Positions 46,901 to 55,900 of a stretch of DNA of 64,000 bases are shown one piece after another. The number at the start of each line of letters is the position of its first letter. Within the stretch, counting starts at the first letter, position 1. Position numbers and translations under genes: made by a program. Source of the DNA: a virus; IMG/VR virus record IMGVR_UViG_3300031521_000009, one strand, 5' to 3'. The notes under the pieces were generated by a model that was not told the origin of the DNA, did not search any database, and saw only the letters and a list, made by a program, of their open reading frames with translations.

Positions 46901-49900
46901 GGATTCTTATCAGTAGTATTTGTTGGGTTTTTATCACCAATAGTATTTTTGGTAAGATTATTCATTGACTGAACCGGTTTAAAACCATAGTTCGCAATCA
47001 TATCAGTAAACTTAGCAAAGTCATTTTCAAATAACCGCATGATAGCTCTTTCCAATTTAGGAAGACTTTCTACTTTTCCACTCTTTACATCATTAGTAAG
47101 ACTTCTAATCTTTTCAATTTTTGATTGTTTATTAATCATATTGAATTGATCTATTTTACCGGTTACTGCATTACCTGGTATAATGACATCAATACCATCA
47201 ACTGTTTCATAAGAAAGTTCATAACTTCCTTTACCGCTTAAATCTTTAGTAAGAGAAGTTGCATCAAACATATTACGTAATTGGTCAAAAGTACCATTTG
47301 CTTGAGCTTCTTTGGAAACATCAATCATCTGTTTACGTAATCCTTTGGTAAAATGAGCTTCATTATTTTCTGCCGGTGCATTCAAGAACTTCGTTTTGGT
47401 AGATAATGATTTGTTTATCTCCATAAGTGCGTTGTTCAGATTTGAACGTGAAGTATTAATACGTTTTTTGATTTTATCGTATTCACGTAATACTTCTGTT
47501 CCGGCAACTGAATAATCAATATTAAAACCATTATCGGTATTGATAAGTGTTGACTCTACTTTGGCAAAGATTATTTTACCAGTATCCGATACTGTTGTAG
47601 TAGGAACATAAATAACCGGCCGAGCTTTTGATTTTACCATTTCTTGCATAAACATGTTGATACTCGTGTCAATGAAGTCAGAAGTATCAATTTTTGTTTT
47701 TCCAATAGAAGTAAATCCAAGTGAACGGTTTTCTCCGATACTTTCTATAAAGCCAGTAATCTTAGTTGTATCTGTAGGGTCTTGTTTAAAGGCATCAAAC
47801 TCTTCATTGAGTGTAGTCTTTAAAGCAACTGAATAAGTGGCTGTACCCTTAGCTGTGTAACGATGGGTATCATTTGTTTGTCCACCTAGTTTCTGCTGTA
47901 TAGAAGCAATCATATTTGATGATACAAACATATCTTCCGGAGTAACATATCTCATAGAAGATACATCATTAGTTATCTCTTCATTTTCTACAATGTCAGG
48001 TTGTACTTCAAAAGTAATAAGGTTCTTTGGTGTTGTTCTATTTAGGAAGCCAAGAACTATATCACTTCCGGTAATACTCTGGATGCGTGTCAATGGTGAT
48101 AAACTTTCTTTTGTATTATATCGAATATGATTTAATAGGTTACGTTGTATGATAACTTTCTTAGCCGGTTTATTAATGTCCTCATTAGCTTTTAAAGTTT
48201 CTTCTGTATAGTTTTTAGAATATTGATTATACAATGTAATCATGGCACCTAAATAATCAGCCATAAAATCTGATGGAGTAGCATAATTGGCTTGTATCTC
48301 AGAATTGAAATTACTTACATATCCAATCTTATTAATAGTTTTCATATTATCAGTAACCTCTGACCAACTATTAGCAACCATAAGACTCTTGAACATGGCC
48401 GGAGTAACACCTTTTAATGCAAACTGTCCTTTGATACGATTAAAGATGTCTACTATATGCGCGTATTCTCCTTTGGTATTAAGCATATCAGTAGAGAAAG
48501 GTGACATAGTAGTATTACCAAACTTTTTAGATGTAGCAATAACACCTTCTTTATTTGCAAATTTGAATCTACCATTTTCGTATTTTAAGAAACTAGTTTT
48601 ATTAGTAACATTATTATACCGGCTTACCTTAATATCAGTATAGTCAATAGACATATTTTCTTTAAAGAATGATATTGAATTTGTGTTCAACTCACCATTC
48701 AAAATCTTATATCCTTGAATACGTTTAATCTCTTCGGCGGTACCTCTCCAAAAGTCTTTATAGTAATGAGTAGACTTCATAGTATCATCATAGTAAGTGA
48801 ACTTAACCTGGTCTTTTACATTGAAAGAAGTATATACACTTACCAATGAATTTAAAAGGTCTTTAGCCTGTTCTATCTTACGTTTTTGATCTTCTTGTTT
48901 AGCATCCCATGACCATGTAGCATCAGAGTTCTGCGCTCCTACTTCTTGTTTCCATTCTTGTTCATTTTGATAAGAACGTTCAAGTAGTCCTTTATAACGA
49001 CCATCATAGTTTTCTTCTGAGATATAATGATTAGAATAGTCAAGTGAGAAATCAGTTCCTTTACCTTTTGCTTCAAACATGTAGTTGTACATGCTATGAA
49101 TTACTTCGGCTGCCGGATTCAAATATCTGTTTGATTCATCAATTTCAGAATTATCAATGAATCCTTCCATAATAGATTTTAATGCAGATACTTTATCAGT
49201 AACACCATCCATTTGACTTACTCGCATACCAAGGTCTATCATCAATGAATGAACTTGTTTCTGATCTAAGAACTTTACTTTTCCGCGGGCATCAAATACA
49301 GCACTACCATTTGTATTGATAAGTGGTATAGAACTAAGATATAGTTTTTGTATATCGGAAACATTCTGTTCAGAAGAATAACCATCCCAATCAAAACGTT
49401 CACCGGCACCCACTTCTTTTTCAAATGAGTCATTCATCATATCATATGATGGAAGCATAGTCTGCACAATCATTCTAATATTTTTATCAGAATAGATTTT
49501 GTATGCATCAATACTATTCCGGCCATTGATATCAGAAAGTTTAATATTCAAAGGTTCTCCATTCTCAACAATATCTTTTACTGCCATTTCATTTTCTTCA
49601 AGTTCTCCTTGTTCATTTTGAGTAATAACAGTGGCCATAGTTTCACCATACAATTCTTGATATTCTTTTCCTTCTTCAATAATAGAATTAATACTTTCCG
49701 ATAATGAATTAATATTACTGTTTTTTGTATTGGAGAAAATAGAGTTTTGAAGTATAGACATTCTTAGTCCGGACTTAGCAATAACTAATGATTCAGTATT
49801 GTAAAGTTCTTTCTTTAATGCTTCTTCCATCTGACTGGCAATAAGTAATCGTTTGCTAGAACTTTCATTTGTTGATTGTACTGTTTCTTCAGAAGTAGTA

Positions 49901-52900
49901 TCACTTTCATATTCTTCAAAAGCAATATCTGATTTTTCAGTATTCATTTCTGGAACCCTATTAGCAAACTCGCCATTGTTTATTTGATTGTATAAGTTCT
50001 TCAACTGTTTGTTTGAACCATATACACCGCGAAGTCCCATAACGATATCTTTCAAGAAACTCTTGAACTGATTGTATAAACGCAAAGCAATATTTACATT
50101 CTTGTCTTTAGTAGTCGCACGTTCTTGTTTTGCATAATCACGAGCAATCCATTCTTCAAGTTCTTTATCACCATTGATAGGTGTTCCTTGTTCATACTTG
50201 TTGATTACCTGGGCCGCTTGTAATAGCATTGCTTTAGCATCAGTATTTATGAAGTTACGATAGACAACATGTAATACTTCATGGTCAACTGTAGAACGTG
50301 GCATCATACCATTCTCTGCTGCTAATGTCATGATAGTATTATCTTGTACCATACCACTTGCAGTAAGACCATTTAAACGAATCTTTCCTTCTTGTGTAAG
50401 GAATAGTTCAGATTCAGTATAAGACTGTCCTAAACGTAAAGCAACACGGTCTATTGACTGTTGTATAGGTTCTACATCAGGAGAAGAGTATTGTGTTTCT
50501 TCAAGTCCTATATTTGGAAGTTTTTTCTTTCCCGGTTTATTTACTGGTGGAGTTGGTGAAGTTATTGGTTCTACTTTATCAAGACCTACATAGAATGATT
50601 TATTGTTTATGCCCAAAGCTTGTACATTAAGCATATCAATAGTTTCTTTACCACTAACATGAGTAGTATAAGTTTCATTGTTTAATGTCAAGAAATCATA
50701 TAATCCGGACATAGCAAGATTATCTTTCTTAGAAAGAAAATCACTTAGTTCTTTATACTGTGAATCAAAACCACTATTACGATCTTTATCTGTCTTGAAA
50801 GAATCAAGATTGATATCCAAGAATGTTTTACTTTTTTGCTGAATCTTAATAAATGCAAAGATTGCTTTATCAGTTGCCTGAGTAGAGTTCTTTAAAGTAG
50901 AAAGGTTCGCGCGCAATAATTTATAAATAGTAGTTTTTGAGAATGCTGTTTGTTTGGCTTTCCACTTTTGTTCATCTGATAAAATAGTAGATGATAATAT
51001 TTCTTGTGAAATAAAGTCCTCTTCTGCCTTAATACGTCCAATGATAGAATCCATAGAAGCATTTGCGCGCTGTTTAATGGTTTCATTCTTGCTAGTAATA
51101 GACTGGCTAAACTTAGGCATTTGTACTACTAAACGAATACTTTCATTACTATTTAATTGAACATTTAAACGTAATCTGCCATCAATATACAATGGAGTTA
51201 TATCAGTTTGTGCGCCAGGGAAGTCTTTCAACAAATCAGTTACCGTTGTCAAATCACTTTCATTATTTGAATACTCTACTTTACGAATACCCATATCATG
51301 AAAATCAACATTTACCTTATCAGTAATACTTGCATGAGTATCATAGATAGACATGTTCATATCACGTTGTTTAATCAATTCAGATTGAACCGGTGCGAAA
51401 ATAGGATTATTGATAACAGCATTCCATGCATCTACTAGTCGTTGTTTCTCAGTTTTCTGTTTTTCAAGTTCAGTTTCCTTTACATCAAATGAAGTATAAG
51501 AAATCTTACCACTTCCATCAATACTAATAACTGATGGTAGAGTCATAGAACCAATAGCATTGGAAAACTTACCACCATTTAATCCCGGAGTAGTAAATAT
51601 GTCATTGATGATAGAATATACTGGTATATCCATTGCTTTTATAGATGTACCATTAGGATTTACTGAATGCTTTTTAATAATGGCATTTACATAATCCTCA
51701 GCAATAGTTCCCATAAAGATATCTTGAATGGCTTGTAACTGTTCTCCTACCAATCCTTTGTTAGTTGGATCAAAAGAAAGAACAATCATATCGTACTTTG
51801 CAGTCTTATTATCCTTATCCCATCCGGTAGTATTTTGTTTCTCAGCTTTTAATTGAAACAAATGTTTATACTGTGATAGGTTCGATATAAAGGCGTCATT
51901 TATTGCACGACGTAACTTACCATTCTCTTGACTTAAACTATCGCTAGCACCAACTAAAGTAGCACTGGTAGCCCAGAAAATATGTGACTTGTTTTTGTTC
52001 TTATCGAATATAGCAGTAGAGTTGTTCAAGAAGCGTTCACGCGATAACTGACTTACTTCATTTGGAACAACTGGTTTCACTTCTTCAATGATTGCAGTAG
52101 GTACCGAGAAATCTTCGTTATCTGAAAGTACTGTTGATACTGTTTGATTTTCGTCAGGGTATATACCGGTTATCTCATACTGAGTAGAGCCATCAGAGAA
52201 TACAGATTCATTGATAGATAATAATTGAAATATGTCTTTTTCATTATTGTCATAATAACTTTCACCAACCTTTAATGCAGTTCCTTTATGTTCATAATCT
52301 TCAACAGAATTTTCTTCTACTAATGTAATAGGATTCTCTGTTGATTGACTTGTACGAAGAATACTTTCAAAACCCGTAATATGTTTGATAAGATTATCTT
52401 TAATTGAAATATTTGGATCAATAGTATTATTGAATTTTGTTTGACCATTCCAATTAATAGAAAGGACATCACGATTACCAACTTTCTTTATTTCCCAATC
52501 AGCATCTACTGTTGCAGTATCTATTAAATCACCATCAGCATTAAAGTAATTAATCTTTAATCCTACCTCTTTACCCGAAGTTTGATTCTGATTATTATTA
52601 CTAGGGTTTGGAGTGGTCACTGTAGGGTTAGCAATAGGTGCTGTTGCCACTTTCTGTGCTTCCATACTCATACTATTCATATCAGTATTTAAACCCTGTA
52701 AACGCAATGTTTCAATAGCTCTGAATTTTTCCTTTTGTTGTAGCTGAATAGCATTCAATGCTTCTTCCGGTAAACCAGTAGATGCAGCAAGAGAACGGTC
52801 AACATTCAAAGAAGTATCACCAACCATACCATACCAAGAGCTAGAACGACCAATAGCAGTATAAAGTGCTGAGGCCATTAAACTTGTAGTAATAGGTTTT

Positions 52901-55900
52901 GCTATCTGACTACTATCAGACTGTCTGAATACAGCATAGATTTCTTTCTGACGTAATCCTTGCAGTAGTTTATTATCATTGACACCGCGACGTAAAGCAA
53001 AATAGATTTTATCCTTATTTGCTTCTATTTGTTTTTTAAGTGTATCATTGTCTTTAGTAAACGCATCCAGTGCATCCTGATCTAAGAAAATAGCTGCTCT
53101 ATCCGGATTGGTAGCAAGACCATCTATGAACGAGTTCCATACATCCATGTGTGATGCAAAGAAACGCGCTCCTAATTTAGTCTTACCACTTATATCTTCT
53201 GTCACCTTATCAAACTTTACTATTCTACCAATGGCACCAATAGCCGGGCGACATGCTTCTGCAAGTTGACGAAGTAATGGAGAAGTAGCACTAAATTGTT
53301 CAGTAAGCATGTGCGTAGTCATTGTCTGCAACATCATCAAAGGATAATGACCTACAGAACCTGCATCACGCATTTGGAATACATCACCCATGAATACTAA
53401 TTTGGCTTTTGTATTTACAAAATGTTCTTTGATAGCTTTCATTTCATTTTCAGAAACAAGTGATGCTTCATCAATAACATAAGTATTTCCTTCTGTAGTA
53501 TTCATACTCTTCATTCCTTTGATAAAATCAGTATATGATATTACTGTTGGATTTTCAGCACCAAAAGATTGTTTATGTACCTTAGAAAGTTCTTCCGTAA
53601 TACTTACTACTGTTAGTTTACCTACTGATGATTTCTTATCAGTACTATATCCATCAAGTCCGCGAAGTATTCTAAATGCTCTTCCTACAGTGAACTGAGT
53701 CTTTCCAGTACCATAATCTCCACCAATAGTCAATGCATTGCTTAGATAGCTTTCTATGAAGTGATGGCCACCCTTCTCAGTAGCTATTGAATGCATAGGT
53801 AAAAAGTAATTTGCAAATAACGACAAAGGACTTGTAAGCGTTTTATTGCTTAAAAGTCCAACTATTGAATTGATTGCAGCTTCTTGTTCTCCCGTTTCTA
53901 ATGGTGTATTTGACTCATTAGTAAATATCATTTTTCGTATCTTGAACATATCGTTCATACTGTATTTACTACCTATCCAGATAAGCGTGTTCAAGTGTTC
54001 GCGCAGTCGGGTAATATCATTTGCATTAGAACTGGAAAAATTGTATTTACGTTTGGAAACACCACCAACATTCTCCATAGTAAATAATGGATTACGGGCA
54101 TGTAGTTCACGAGTAGAATTTGTCAATGAACCATTCTCTCCAATATGTGAAGATGAATCATCAGCATGTAAAAGAGTACCTTCTGAATTAAGTACTTTTC
54201 CATCTTCTCCAATAGAATCATTGGCAACATAAAACTCACGGAATATCTCAAACAACAAATCTTGATTGTCCTTAGAAAATAATTCAGAATTTTCTTTATT
54301 ATATTCGACATTCATTTCAGAAAGGATATTGTTTACGATATTCTCTCTTTTAGATAACTGAGTAAGTTGTGCTTCGGTAAGTTGTCCTTTTGCATCAAGA
54401 ATAGATGGATCAAGTTCTCCAATAGCATTTAATTCTTCAATTAAGTTCTGACTGATTATTTGCGTGCCATCAGAACGACGTAATCCAAGAGTAGTAAATA
54501 ATTGAACACTCTTGAATGTATTCTCATGAATGATAACACGACTATGCAAACGTAACATTTGATTGGCCAAGTCAGCACCATCAATCTTACTTGCAAGTTC
54601 ATCAGCCATACGTATAGCATCACGTAATTGAATCTCATAGGTATTGTTACCATTAGCATTTTTACTTGCCAATTCAGAAACAAATTCACGTTCCGGTTGT
54701 GACTGATGATCACTTACTTTCTTTTCATTAGCAATACGTTCAGAAGTCTTGAAAGTATAAAGGAAATGTTCATTCTTTTTTACTCTATCAATCTCTTGAC
54801 GAATGATTTCAGAACCATTAGTACCATAAAATTTACCATCAGGATATTCTTTCTTATAAGTTTCTCCCTGGTCAGTAAGAACTGAATTAATCCATACCTC
54901 AGCTTCTTTCATCGTATCTTGTAATTCTGTGAAGTAATTACTCAAAAATGTTTTACCATTTGGAGTATTCTGTTCACGCATTAGTTTAATACGTTTTTGA
55001 AATTGTTCCGGAGTTTCATTAGCATGTTCTAATGTCTGTCCATCAATACGCATAAATGGAAGTTTACCTTTCCCATTAAATGAAGAGTATTGATTATTTA
55101 CGTTTTCAAGTCCCAGCGCGCGTGCAGCAGCATTCAACTGATTATCATGAGAGAATTGTTCATCATCAAAACTTTCAATTGTACGTTCGGCTTTTCCTAC
55201 TTCTTCTGCAGCAGTTTGACTTTCATCTTGATAATGTTTCAATTCTTGTTGAATAGCATTTAGCTTATCAGTTTCTTGTTGACGTTGTTCATCGCTGGTT
55301 TCCGCCGGTAAAGAATTGATAGTTTCTAATTGAGCATCATATTCAGATTGTTTAGTAGTAATGAATGGTTCCAATTCAGCAACACGTTTACCATACATAT
55401 CAATTTTTTCATTGGCCGGAGTAAGAATCTTACCTTCTGCTTGCTGAGCGATATTAGAAGTAAGTCCTTTTGCAGCATCATACATTGATGAAAACTTATT
55501 TTTAAGTTCATCAAGTTTACTATTATCCATTGTAGTACCAAATACATTTCCACTTGTTTGGTCATTGAATACAGATAATTCTTTAGCTAAACGATTAGAC
55601 AATCCGGCAACATCAGTAATCAATGATTTATGCTCAGCTTCATTATACGGTTTTGAAAGAGTATCACCTATTCGTTGTTGTAAGGCATTTAAATCACTCG
55701 ATAATGTTGCATGAGTAGTTTGGTTATCTATATCATTAATAATGGCATTAGCATGTGTCTGTTGAGCTTGTGCAGCTTCATCTACACGTTGACGTAAGTT
55801 CTCAATGTTTTCATACGTAAAGTTCTTCTTAATTACATTCTCCCATGATGCAGCATATTGACGTTGGAAGTTAGGATCGTTTTTCATCTCCCGAGTAAAC